Of a stretch of 64,000 nucleotides of DNA, positions 47,311 through 60,201 are shown piece by piece (position 1 is the stretch's first letter; each line of letters begins with the position of its first letter). The position numbers and the translations under genes are program-made. Source of the stretch: Diadema antillarum (lineage: Eukaryota); NCBI RefSeq assembly GCF_040938485.1, contig NW_027270982.1, positions 3,162,001 through 3,226,000 of the forward strand. Direction: 5' to 3'. A model generated the notes under the pieces. The model was given only the letters and a program-made list of their open reading frames with translations, was not told the DNA's origin and did no database searches.

Positions 47311-50300
47311 TTGAACCCATATTATAATTAATTATATCGTGAGAATTTGTGCATCTTTGAATTCCACAACTTTCATAGTTTTGTCTTATTTTGATTGTAT
47401 TTTGACTGCTATTTCTTTGATTTTGATTATATATATATATATATAAAATACTATATGCATATATATATATATATATATACATAAAGTCAACGTGAAATTT
47501 TGGTAGCTTAGAAAGCACTCCTAATTTACGCAGAGATTGGGATATATTGTAATTTTACTCTATATTTGTAGCTCTATAGCAGCTAACTGACCACATTGAG
47601 TTCTATTACGGTGGACTGTATACAGTAACATGCTAGTTATTTGTTGCTCTCCGATTCTAATTCCTGTTGTTTGAGAATGGCATATGGTATTGTGTGACGT
47701 ATTGTGAAATAATTTGTATTTTTTGAAATGTTTCCAGGTACCAGTTATAGAGTGACTGGTGATTGTTATTCCTCATATCAACTCTTTACCGACATTCTGC
47801 TGCTCTTTTTGTTTTTAGTATATTTTCTATTCGTTTTCAGGGATATTCAATCTTTCATTGAGTCACCATCAGCATATTGGATAAGGTTAAGCTTTCATGA
47901 TTTCGTCATCGAAATACCCCCTCCCAAGGTGTACCGTGCCAATTTCTGATCATAAAGATCACTGCCAATTTGTGATCATAAAGAGTAAATTATGACGTCA
48001 CATCAGAGGGTTCATATCGTTGGTGTTGTTTTGTACCATCTTGTTCTTCTGTGTTCAGTTCTGTTCTCTTTTACTTTGTAATGTAGGACAATTTATGATT
48101 AAGGCCACGAGCGATTCTCTTCGATGTGGCATCTATGCCAAAGATGTCGGCGTCCCGGTAAAATAGGGGAAGATGGTGGAAGAGACTACATAACATCACG
48201 TAGGCGTAGTTGGATTTAAGGGGCGTTTGAGGGGCTCCCCTACTGCCTTCACGTGCAAAACGTAGAAAGAGTCATAAACAAATATATCCTCATCTAGATC
48301 CAGCAGCAAGTGGTAGCCTGGTAGAACAGGTTGACCGCCGCGTTGGCATTGGTTTGGATCCGAAAAATCGTTTTGTCGCAGAGTGAGTTAATGTTCTGAA
48401 ACTTTTTACATCCCTACATGGTTTAAGAGATGAGCATCGAAACCAAATGTGTGATCTTTTTTCTTTCAGTCATGGACATGTCTCAACGTATCGTCGCAGG
48501 TTATCATCTTCGTCTTCTCAAACAGCGGCGTCCATCATGTTCAAAAATGGGTAAAGCTGTGGAAATTATATCTAAATACGACTGTAGAGGGTGGAGGGTG
48601 GGGAAAAAGGCTCGAATGGGAGGAAACGATCACACTTGTCAGCAAAAGTAGAAATCATGTCTCTGCTATCTCAGAAAAAACGAAGAAGAATAGACTAGAC
48701 AGGGAAATATAGATGCATGGATGGATGGTTGAGTTCGGAGTCCAACGTCTTATGCTTTGGGAGACCAACTCAATTCGAAGAGACTAAAACAGAGGTGACC
48801 GTTGTTCGTATTCATCGTTTCCTCCTCAAAAGCACCCATTCAGTCATTCAAAAGGAAGAATGTCAAGTAAGAATAGTGAGGACAGACGCCCAGATTGATG
48901 GAAAGAAAGATAGAGGAAGAGAGACAGATAGAGTGAAAGGGAAAGCTGATTCCTATTCTACTCTATGCTGTCACCATACAAAGACTTGCCTTTTAACCTC
49001 GGGGACTATACCTTGTGCGCGCATCGATTTGTTATTCTGACCTGATGAAATATGGAAAGCATGAGAAGACGCTACCGGAACTAGAAATATGCCTGTAACT
49101 TTTTCATGAAGAAGCTCCCGTCAAGTAAAAGACACTTGGCACAAAGATGTACCAGTGATCACATGGTGATGCCGGAAATGGCAAAAAGCCGCAGACGACA
49201 AGCCATCGCTTTATAGAGCGTGGTGCACTACGGGATCTTCCACACGTGGTGAACGTGACTTCAACTCTACATAATCGTCCCACAAGACATCATTCATTTT
49301 TCATGGCAGGTTGTTTCCTCGCTGGAGGTGAAACTATGCAAGACGGAGAGAGGCATAAAATAGCAGAAGCTTATTGCTGTAAAAACCGCGGTATTTGCAA
49401 GATATGCAAAAAATAACACTTTATTTGAAAAAAAAGACAAAATAGATAAATATTATAGGAAAAACACCCCACGATTAAAAAGAAAAGAATATATTATCCA
49501 TTCAATTTTCCGTAGACTGAAGAATTTCCTATCGGCATCTTGGAATATTAGCGATCCATGAATCCCGGTAAGGAAGGAAGAAATGCTGACCTATTTCTTG
49601 TTATGCAGAACTCCGCGAACGTTTACCTCCAGCACAACTTATTCCTCAAAAAACAGATATCATTATAGATGTTGTGCCTTGAACAACAACAACAACAGCA
49701 ACAGCAAAAAAAGAAAAAAAAATGCTTTCCCCATGACCTTTCTCTATAATCATGTTGTTATGGTTTTATCATAATCGGTAAGGAATGGCAGAAATGCTAT
49801 GAGATATAGGGTATCTATGCTGCATGTTCCATGCGAATTGTGAATATATACCTGGCAGCTTACTTCATGCGCGAGCTAGATGATTGTTACACTCAATCAT
49901 GTCCACACCAATAATTTTTGAACATTATCACTCTATTCCTAAAGCTGCCTCTCATCAGCTTCGCAACTTCTCATTCGTCACACACCCACACAGTAGTTTC
50001 CCTTTAGCCATTGTCACCTTTAACATACACGACATACATTCCGCAAGAACTATACAGCTTGCTCATGTTGGTACACTTTTGCCTGGAGCCTCTTGTACTG
50101 ATCGTTTTGAAGTCAGATTGTCTGGTATATATATTTGTTTGTGGGTTTGTGCTCAGTACTGATAAGCGAATGCAAAACAAAAGATGGAAGTACACTGAAT
50201 TGAAGTCATGTGCATTCAGAATAATAGAAGAATTAGTACTACGTTTTAACGACTGACAGAACTTTAAAAACTCAACGGACGAATATGACTATTGTGGTCA

Positions 50301-51349
50301 AATTTCACATAATTATTTACATAGCCTATTTTCTATTTCATTCTGAAATCATACAGACCAACCCAGCTCTGTCTATCCTTCATATACAATGTAGTAGAAA
50401 TTAAGTGACTATCAAGACAGGCGAACTTATAAGTGATTGCCATCTTTTCTCTGCAAATATCATGCGTAATATAATCTTTCAAATTGATTTCGCTGATCAC
50501 CAACAGCTAACTGTCATGACAAAATTATTAATGAAACTTTAAAAAGATGGTACAACTGCAAACGCACACAAACACACACGACAACAACAACAACAGCAAC
50601 GATATTACAACATCCTCACTTAACATCTTATTCTAGATTTAGAGAGTTTAAGTTGATTCCAATAATCACCGTGACAACCACATAGTCCCCTCGTCTTCTG
50701 TAGCTATTTGAAGTATAATCCGGATAGCTTACAGACTTACCAGAACATGGACACAAAGCAAACTGTGCTTTTCTTACTCTGCAGGGAAGGGGGGGGGGGG
50801 GGGGGGGTCATTGCTACAATCAATACATGGTCATAAAGGTAAAAGTTAGACCCCCTTATTATACTCACTGCCAATATGCACATATCATGATCAGTGTTGA
50901 TTGCACCTTGTACGAAAGACAAATACGAATCATATGCAATACTCGATGCATAACGATTGAAGAGATGTCTGTACATTGCAAACAATTCAAGAAAATCCCA
51001 GCCGGCAGCATGATTTATGACTTGATTTGTAGTCATTGAGTATATTCATGCCTGCGCTCGGAATTGCAACGTAAATAGGTTTTGAAGAGGCTCATCCATA
51101 ACATCTGAGGATCATCTCTGTTGACATATCAGTCGATATATACAATTTTTCTCTATTCACACATAAATTGTCTCTTCCTGACTGGCCCAAAGCATTTTCT
51201 GAGCTGCAAAGATCATTTTGTCAACTTCTGTAATGAATTTCCTCTGTTCCCACTCTCCTCAAGTTGCCATCTTCTCTTCCCCAACTTACTTCTGCGTTTT
51301 CCTGAATGCGGCACATCCACAGCGCATCTTGGTGTTCCAACCCTTTTAA

Positions 51350-51954
51350 AGGGGAAATCCAGTCCAAAGATAAGTTAAACTAATAAGAAAGCGTAAAGTA
51401 TTACGAGTGCAATGGTAAAATTTTGAGCGAAATCGGGTGAAAAATAAGGAAGCTATGACATCTTTAAGTTTCGCTAATTTTTCAGGAAACAGTTCTTGAA
51501 TTCACGGTCAATATGAATATGCAAATGACAAAGTGAGCATGTCATCCCCTCACATCTTGTTATATAGTTTGTACATGAAATTTTGGAATTTCCCGTTTTT
51601 CATTCAAACACAATTATGCCCGAGGATCAATTCCTGATATATCTAACTGATCACTGTTCTGAAGTTATTCAACCAGGAATAACATCATGTTTTAGACTTC
51701 AATGACAGAAATATTGAATTTTCGTAATTTTTTGTACACGATCAATGGAAAATTGTGAGGTTATGACATGATCAGCTCACGCATTTGCATATTCATATCC
51801 ACTGTACAAGAACTGTTTTGCAAAAATAAGCAAAACTTCAAAATTGAATAACTTCCTTATTTTTCATGCGATTTCAGTAAAATTTAAACCTTTGAATTCG
51901 TAAGGTTTTACTCTTTTTTATCAGACTAACTTATTTGTGGGCTGGGTTTCCCCT
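51350..51954. mobile_element. T2/Kolobok-like MITE, family C
   Basis: TTAA|AGGGGAAATCCAGTCC ... GGGCTGGGTTTCCCCT|TTAA. Confidence 0.8.
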
Positions 51955-52001
51955 TTAATGAGTAGCAAGCGAAGCATAGACACAATATGGGGTAGATGTG
52001 T

Positions 52002-52039
<38 letters not shown>

Positions 52040-52399
52040 GTGTGTATGTATGTGTGACTGTTTGTGAGGGGACTGCAATATATAAACTAAGCTTTTTAGC
52101 AGTTCCCTCCATTTGCGACATCCTATCTCATCAACAATTACTTTTTGATACAGCGTTAATTTCATACATTACTTATTGCTACCTTTGCAACACAATTTAT
52201 TTAATTCAATTTCATTTCATTTCATTATTTTCGCTTTCATCATTGGGTCTACAAAGTTTTGCATAAAAAAAAACAAGCAAACAAAGAAACAAGAATACGT
52301 GGTATCAAATTTAGCTATGTTCTATAGGTGTAGCTGAGAGCTGTTTGCTATGGTTCACTAGTTATACTTACAGTAACTGATCGCCGAATAATGTATACA

Positions 52400-54050
52400 C
52401 TCTTCACTCACTTCACTCATCAACATCAGTATAAACAGATATAGATTACGGTATTCCGCAAGAGTCGATTTTGGGCCCACTCTTGTTTATCATATTGATA
52501 ACATAGTTCAGCGTGTAAATTTTTGTCCAATACATTTATACGCTGATGACACTGTAATTTATTTCTCACATACAGACATCACTACGATCGAGTCTGTTTT
52601 GAAGTCTGAGCTACAGAAAATCTTGATTAGGTTGTGTAAATCTAAGCTGAGTCTTAGAGGGACTATACAGTACTGGTTGAGGCGAGGATTCAGGTTTATA
52701 GCATTTTTTTTAGTGAGATAATGAGGAAACTCTTATAAAATATGAAAGAGCATATAATTTCAAGAAGGATTCAGCGTTTATTTGATGAAAATTGGTCTTG
52801 AAATGGCTGAGATATAAAAAAAAGCACAATTTTCATTTGGATCTCTTTGTTTTTCCTTGTTTTTAGATATCTCAATGATTTCAAAACCAATTTTCAGCAA
52901 ATAAACTTTTGATTCCCCTTAGAATTGTATGCTTTCTAACATTTATAGAGTGGTTTCTTAACATCTCGCAAGACGTTACAAGCTGAATCCTCATCTCAAA
53001 CAGAACTGAAAAGTCCCTTTAATTAAGATAAAACTGATTGTATGTTTTTCGGCTCTGACATGACGTTAAAAAATGTAATGAATTCGTCAGGTACAATCCA
53101 CGAAATATCTTGGCATGATCTTAGATCCATGTCTAAAATGGAACCTCCATATTGACAAAATGTGCACTCGAATAAGTAATTTGCTACGGTCATCCCGATT
53201 ATGACATACAATCAATTCATCCAATCTAAAAATTGTTTATAATGCAATTATTCTTCCTATGTTTGATTAAGGAGATATTATATACGGTGCAGCCAGTGCT
53301 AAACATACAATGTTATTACACATGCTTCAATTAGGAATATTCATAAGTCCGTATAGACACATGTCAGTCAGAGATCTGCATGCACGTCTAGGCTGGAAGT
53401 CATTAGCAGCTCGGAGCTTTTGCCATTTCAACACCATGGTTTTTACGGCATTAAATGCTTATGTACCTATGTATTTTAAAGATCAATTTCAATATTGTCA
53501 ATTTAATTATTCACTCAGTTCAACCGGTAACTTAGCATTACCAAAACCTATGACAGAAAACAGTTAAAGGACATTCTATTATAGGGTTGCCGTGCAATGA
53601 AGTAATCTTCTTCCTCTATAATTAAAAAAAGATCTTTTTTTAGCCCTGCCTCATTTGCTAGTAAGTTCAAATCAGTGTTCGATATTGTTTTATAATCCCT
53701 CTGTAATATTAGTTTATACTTTTATAGTTCAGCCAATACACACTTTTTCTGTTATCAACGATGAATTAAGTTTTACAATTTGATTTTTTTTTTTAATTCC
53801 AATATTAATTTCATGTTAGGATCTCATGGAAGAACAGCCATATCTTCGTAGACAGAGCTGAATGAACGATCCTTTCTTACATATTCATTGCTTGTTTTAT
53901 TTTCTTTCTTCCTTTTTCCTTTTAATATATCTCTACTTTTTTTAAATTATGTACTACTCTGTTGATTATATGTTTGTATATTGCTTGTCATACTTCCACT
54001 GTACTCTTTTTGCATGAATTTACGGTGAATAAGTAAATCAGATCAAATAA
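52400..54050 (+). mobile_element. Old degenerate L2/CR1 LINE 3' fragment, interrupted by a MITE
   Basis: Manual translation gives YGIPQESILGPLLF, IHLYADDTVIYFS, KLSL[MITE]N*DKTDCMFFGS, and LPKP..E..*RTFYYR at the ORF2 C-terminus, followed by a T-rich 3' UTR and AATAAA. Confidence 0.75.
52658..53018. mobile_element. Family B MITE inserted into the L2 RT fragment
   Basis: TTAG|AGGGACT ... AGTCCCT|TTAA. Removing it rejoins the LINE motif KLSLN..KT.CM.FGS. Confidence 0.75.
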
Positions 54051-55654
54051 AAAAAATATAAAATTTCCACAGGTAGCAATATTCACGGTTTAATTTTAGT
54101 CATTGATTGTAATTATGCCTGACCTTCAGATTGCAGAGTGAAAGGTTTTGAAGAACACCTTCAAGTCTTAACAAGACATGGAATATTCTCCGCGATGCAA
54201 TTTCAGTCTATATTACAACTCAATGACCACGGTGGGAGATCAACAAAATTTGTGGATGAATCTTTCTTTAATACTTTGGTAAATTATTACGAATTCATTA
54301 TCAAGTTATTGTGATATTCATGGAAAACTATGTCCTTGATTAATGGGATTTTTTTTTTGATAAATAGATGAAGTTGATGGTGTTCGTCTGTGCGTATGCG
54401 TTTGTGTGTGGGGGCATAGTTATATTCATCATCCTTACAAATCATAACAAAGCAATACTTGCAAATATAATTATCATGTGTACCAAACCTTGGGCCTACT
54501 TTGGTTCGTTTGTTCCGTATACCCACGGCTTGACGGTGCCAGGACAGATGGCCCTGCCTCCTCAGTTTTTGTCGCACTTGAATTTCCAGTATGCCATAAA
54601 CCACACAAGGGGGGCAAATCGTAACATCCTCGTATGGAGCCCCGTGGCAATCTTGCCCACTTTACAAGCCACTGGTTGCTCGACATTTCCCGGAATTGCT
54701 AGCACTTGACAGTTTTGAAAACAATGTTACAAGTAGAGCGGTATCAGAGTATGTTAAAAATTGCAAATATGCCACTCCATCTCTCCAGGACTAGTCAACA
54801 GCAAGGTGCTCTTTAAGTTGACGGTCCAATATCTCGCGTGTTATCGCTGGACTGTCAAAGAGGGGTTCTTCAAACGATCATCCGGAGAAAACACAAGCAA
54901 ACAAAATCCGTAGATGTTGCTCTGCAGTTGAATAAACACGGCATTCCAGGAGATGACTGGAAAATATTTTGTACATTTGGAGATGAACGTTCCAAAGATT
55001 ATTTATCTAGGTTTATCTCCCTTCAATCTTCTGCTGTGTTTACATATTTTTTTATTTCTTTCCTCTTTTATTCACGTTAATCTCTTCACAATTTCCTACA
55101 TTCCACGCAGCTATGCCTCTTTGTTGTTTTATAACACACATCGAGCACTTATGCTAAACCTGAAGGTCGGATATGATGACTGGCCCTTTTATTTAGTACT
55201 TGGTCTATTTTTCAAGTCATCTATGTCACATAATCCGTTGAAAGCGAGAGTTCAGAGTCCGTAGCATACTTCAATGACAGCGATTCCGAAAAAACGCACG
55301 TGCCGAGAATTTGCGCGTTTCGTCTTGGCACATGGCACATGAAGAATTTTGTGAAAATTGGCCCACCTCGATCTTACATAAATGTGAAGTGAAATCATAT
55401 TCACATTAATGTAACAGGTATAGTCAAATAACATTATATGCAGACCTCCCAAGCATACTGAACTTGGAGTATCTAAATTTTGACCATTCCCAGCTCTTGT
55501 TTCAACAGGAGATTCCTTTTTTTTTTTTCAGGATAATTTTACTACACACGAGAACTGCTCTTTCTTTCCTACTTTTGAGCCAAATCATCCCTATTTTTTA
55601 GTCAGAAAGGTTGGGAGGTCTGTTATATGGTATCTTCTTCATCCCGATTTCCTG

Positions 55655-55811
55655 GGGCCCGTTGCACAAAAGTTACTATTATGGTAACTTTGCCATCCAA
55701 TGGTAACTACCATGGCAACAACACTCAACAGCCAATCAAAATCAAGAATTCCATGGAAGTTACCATTGGATGGCAAAGTTACCATAATAGTAACTTTTAT
55801 GCAAGGGGCCC
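55655..55811. mobile_element. PIF/Harbinger-like palindromic MITE (157 bp)
   Basis: CTG|GGGCCCGTTGCA...TGCAAGGGGCCC|CTG: 3-bp CTG TSD and ~60-bp near-perfect arms (aaagttactattatggtaactttgccatccaatggtaact and its reverse complement). Confidence 0.8.
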
Positions 55812-58800
55812 CTGATATAGGTTATTTGATCCTGATATATCCTGATATATTTCCTGATCCAATTCTTGTTCATTCAATTTTTTGGTTTTTGTTTGTTTTG
55901 TTTTTGTTTTGTTTTGTTTTGTTTTAATCCCGTAGTCCGTACCTCCTCCAGTCCCTTTGAGCTGACCAGTCTCCATTCTTTTCTTTTACCAATCTTCTAC
56001 AGTTTTAATCTTCTCAGGTGATAAAGTCTTGCAGTTCTCATTTCCCGGCTAATTTCATTTTGTGCTATGTATCAAGATCCAATATGAAAAAAAAAAAACC
56101 AACACACAACAATACTGCGTTTTCCAGTGCCCTTTAATTTGTCAGTCCCATCCTTTCTATGTTGAATATATTTAGTAAAACCAGGCAGTAAAAAAACAGA
56201 ACAACTTAATGCTCCGAAGTAGTCGACTTTGACTTGCACGGTGAAAACATGTCATCATAGCTACTGTCGATTCACTCTGCGTGTTCAAAATTTTGTAATA
56301 TCAGTCCATGAGGTCCTTGAACATTTAGAGTGTTCATCTCGCTCGTGCGGCCGTGGCCCACAGCTGGGTCGCGATGTCGACAAAAATGAATCTAAAAAGA
56401 TTCGTATATTCGATCTAACTGGGCCTCAAATAAAGAAGAAGAAGAAGAAGTAGAAAAATAAAAAGATTGCAGGAGCCAAAGTGGGTCTCGGGTTAGAAGA
56501 GGTTGAGAAGTACTGGTGCTACTTGTTTCTAATCAACATTTATTATGCCAGTGGGATAAAGATGAAAGCATTGTCTCTCCACAACTACAGAGAAAATGTA
56601 ATACACTCCTTTGAAGTCATTCAATTTTCAAAGATCAACTTCATTCACACATAATATCAACTAATACTAACCGGCTTTACTATAGCGTTATGACATCCTC
56701 TCAGAAAATAAACGTTATAAGATTCGCTATAGGACGATGTGCTGCTTAAAGCTGCTTTACCATTGGAAGCAATGATTTAAAAGATGTTCGAGATATTGAT
56801 ACATATGTGTAGGTCAATTGCATCACGAAACATCCTACCATGTAAAAAATTGTAATAAAGCATAAACTATAAGGAGATATCACTATTTCCCCTATTATAC
56901 TAAACCATAACTTTAGACGGTTTAGTCTAGAAACATTATTTTTTTATTAGAACTATTATTCACATTTTCGCATATTTAACAATACTCAACATTGATTATA
57001 CTGATTCAACTTTTCACATTGGTTGTTTCGATTCCTACCTCATATTTTAGAACTGTTTTGAATCACTAAAGATGAATTTTGCTTTATCTGCAAATGGTAA
57101 ATAATGCCTTTAATAACCAGCGACCACCGTGAGCAGAATTCAACATTGGCAGCTGATACACTACAGTTGTATCTCTATTAATCCAGCAACCTGTATTGGT
57201 AGTGGTCCACAACTGGTAGTGCACTATCAGAGTCCTGGCTGGAGCAACACTTTGGAAAACTAAAGCTAGTCGAAAATTAATATCTGAAATCATTACAAAA
57301 TGTAAGGATGTAGTTAGACTTCGTGAAGTCAGTATTTTACCATGGCAATCGCAACCGCTTTCCGCCACTTACTACACTTGCGTAATGTTCTGACTGGCAA
57401 AATATTTCCCACAAAAGGTCCAGCATATATTTTACAATTTTCAAGCGAATAATCCTCTCGTTCTTGAGTTCATAAAAAAACAAAGTCCCTTCCCCGACCA
57501 GGTTTGTTTGTTTGTTTGTTTGCTTTTTCTTCTTCTTTTATACATCACAGCTATCTTCGAAATCGTGGTACTTTCTAGTTCTTTTTTTTTTCTTTTTCCA
57601 CCGTTGGTCGTTGGTAGCTTTCAGTTATTGTATAATTATAGGAAAGGATTTAACATCTTTATCCTTATCTTTATGGATAATTCATGTTACAAGAAGTTTG
57701 TTCTTTACTATTCAATCTATACACGAAGGACCCACTCGACTAGTACTTAGAAGCACCGGGCTTTATTTAACCTTAATAACTGATGTTAATTACAGGTTGT
57801 TGTATCATTGCATCTGCTTTTGTTATAAGTTTCTCTGGTCCGTACTGTATTGGGATGGTTTTGGTGTGTGTGTGTTGTTGGTTTTTTTTTTTCAGTGTTA
57901 TATATCGAATTTTGTTGTGGAAAATGAGAAATAAATTCAATTTAAATGCAATTCACATTTCAAGAGGGATTGGTGCCGATCGACCGCATCCAACAAGTTA
58001 TTTTCTTGGCTAGAATCATTTTTTTCTTTAAAGCAAACCGCAGATCTTGTATACCTGCGTATTACAAGCTTTTGAAGGTCACTTGCATTTAGATGATGAG
58101 TTTCTTTAATGAAGAGGAGTTTTTTCTTTGTAAAATTATGTAACTGAAGATATGTGGGAGAAACCAGTAAACTACCGGATTGCAAATGCATGCCTTTAGA
58201 TTTTTACTTTGAGAATAATCATCTGTGGCATGTCGATATTCACGATGATAATATGAATTAAGAGTGCAGGGAAAGTATGAAGACTGATGATCCTTTCTAC
58301 GATAGGTTTCAAATTTGATGAATGAACGATAGTATCCATGTTTATCAAGAGCCCAACTCTATGAATATTACCGAAGTAACTATAATATACACCAAAGGTC
58401 AATTCCAAACAAACAACAGGACTGCTGATTTCAAAATGCCAGTGCCTGTTTATAGGCAAATGTGTAGGTGTGTTTTTTGTTGACAGATATGTCGGTGTGT
58501 TTATGACTCATATTACTATAAAATTTTTATCATCACCGCTTGAACTATAATTTTGCTATTATTAGCATGATTATGCGAAAATCATTGTCTTTTGATTATC
58601 ATCAGAATGAGCCTTGTTATTACAAATTCTCATGCAACTATGAACCCTGTTTAAAGGCTTATAAGTTCGAAACTTTTGATTCCCTCAATCACTCGTCGTA
58701 CCCATGCCTCCAATATTTCACAAACATGCTGACGCACACGCTCATTTAACATGTCAGCATTTGTAAATTGATAGAAACAAACGCTATTTTTGCCTTCCAC

Positions 58801-60201
58801 GTGATCGATTGAACAGATTTCAGATGTTGTCAGGGGAGATATAAATGCCTCTCTGATGGAAATCATTGCCTTTGTGCTATTCTTCCTTTTATGCTTCAAT
58901 CTCGGATTGAAAATGCAGAAATCACATTTTAATAGAACGTCTCCCGCAGCGCAGACGTCTAAGACAAAAGTGAATTTTTGCTCTCCAAATACAAAATCTG
59001 AAAATAACAATGAATGAGAATGGTGGAACATTATGCATCGGAAAATGACGTGGTGATAAGTATAAGAATAAGAAAAATTGAGGCATTTATAAGCATTTTG
59101 TATGGTGTTGTTATTGTTGTTCTCTCACCAACCCCCCCCCCCCAAAAAAAAAAAAAAAAAAAAACTTCAAAATAAAATAAACACAGACACGTTATCAACT
59201 TCAAAGAGACACTAAACCATTACGTTAAAGATCGATGTATTGTGTATGGTATGTTAAGAATTGATGATCATCCATTAAAAACAATGACATGTTGTTTATG
59301 ATTTGTTTGTTTGTTTTTGTGGTGGTTTGTTGTTGTTGTTTTTGATTAAAGGAATTAGGCAGGTGCTACCAAATTCTAAAGTGAAATCGCCAGCGAATAA
59401 AACTGCTCACATGTTTGTTATTTCTCTGCCGCAGGCCCGTTGATGTATCAGTGCATATCCGGGGAAGTGGTGGAACCCTTTGGCTAGGGATAATCATAAT
59501 CCTCGGTGATATGACAAGTGGGTATTTTGCAATCGATGTGTTTGTTTCATTCTGCAGTCATTCTTCTCTGACACCACGTGATTGATCTCGTTATAATGTA
59601 TCAATTGTCATATGAGGAATTCTATCCCATGTAGCGGTTCAGACATTACAGCAGAAAACTAATACAGATATCCTATTTTGAACTACAGTATATATTTTCA
59701 TTTGCAAAATACATGCAATTAAAGCTGATGACCTTTTTTCCAGTTAAAGCGAACACAACATATTGTTTTATCGCTTGTTCATATTATAGTGGTAAAAAGT
59801 TTTCACAAAGAGAAAAATATTGGACACATTGGACATGTGATATATCAAGTTTAATCAAAATACCCGATGAAAGAAAGAAGTGTTGGGATAATAGAATCAA
59901 TTCAATTCAATTCAATTCGTTTATTCATCTCATTTTCGGATAAAACAATACAACAGTATTGGATTTTACAATACACAAAAGGATAATCAATCATTTACAT
60001 ATAATAGTGAAAATGAAAAAAGAGAACTTGAGAAAAGCCAAAAGGCCTTGTGAAGTAAGTTCCCTTACGATTATGCACAAAATAATTGATTTTTAAGGTA
60101 CAAAGTGTAGACATGGACAGAAAACCAACAAATACAACAAAACATAACATAACAAAACAAAACAAAAACATAAGACAAATGATATGATAAATTGACTATG
60201 A

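Noticed and set aside
54368-55264. Hydrophobic ORFs with a WAYFGSFVPYTH segment reminiscent of SLC16 transporters
   Set aside because: The similarity does not extend, and no consistent exon structure or motif order could be built.
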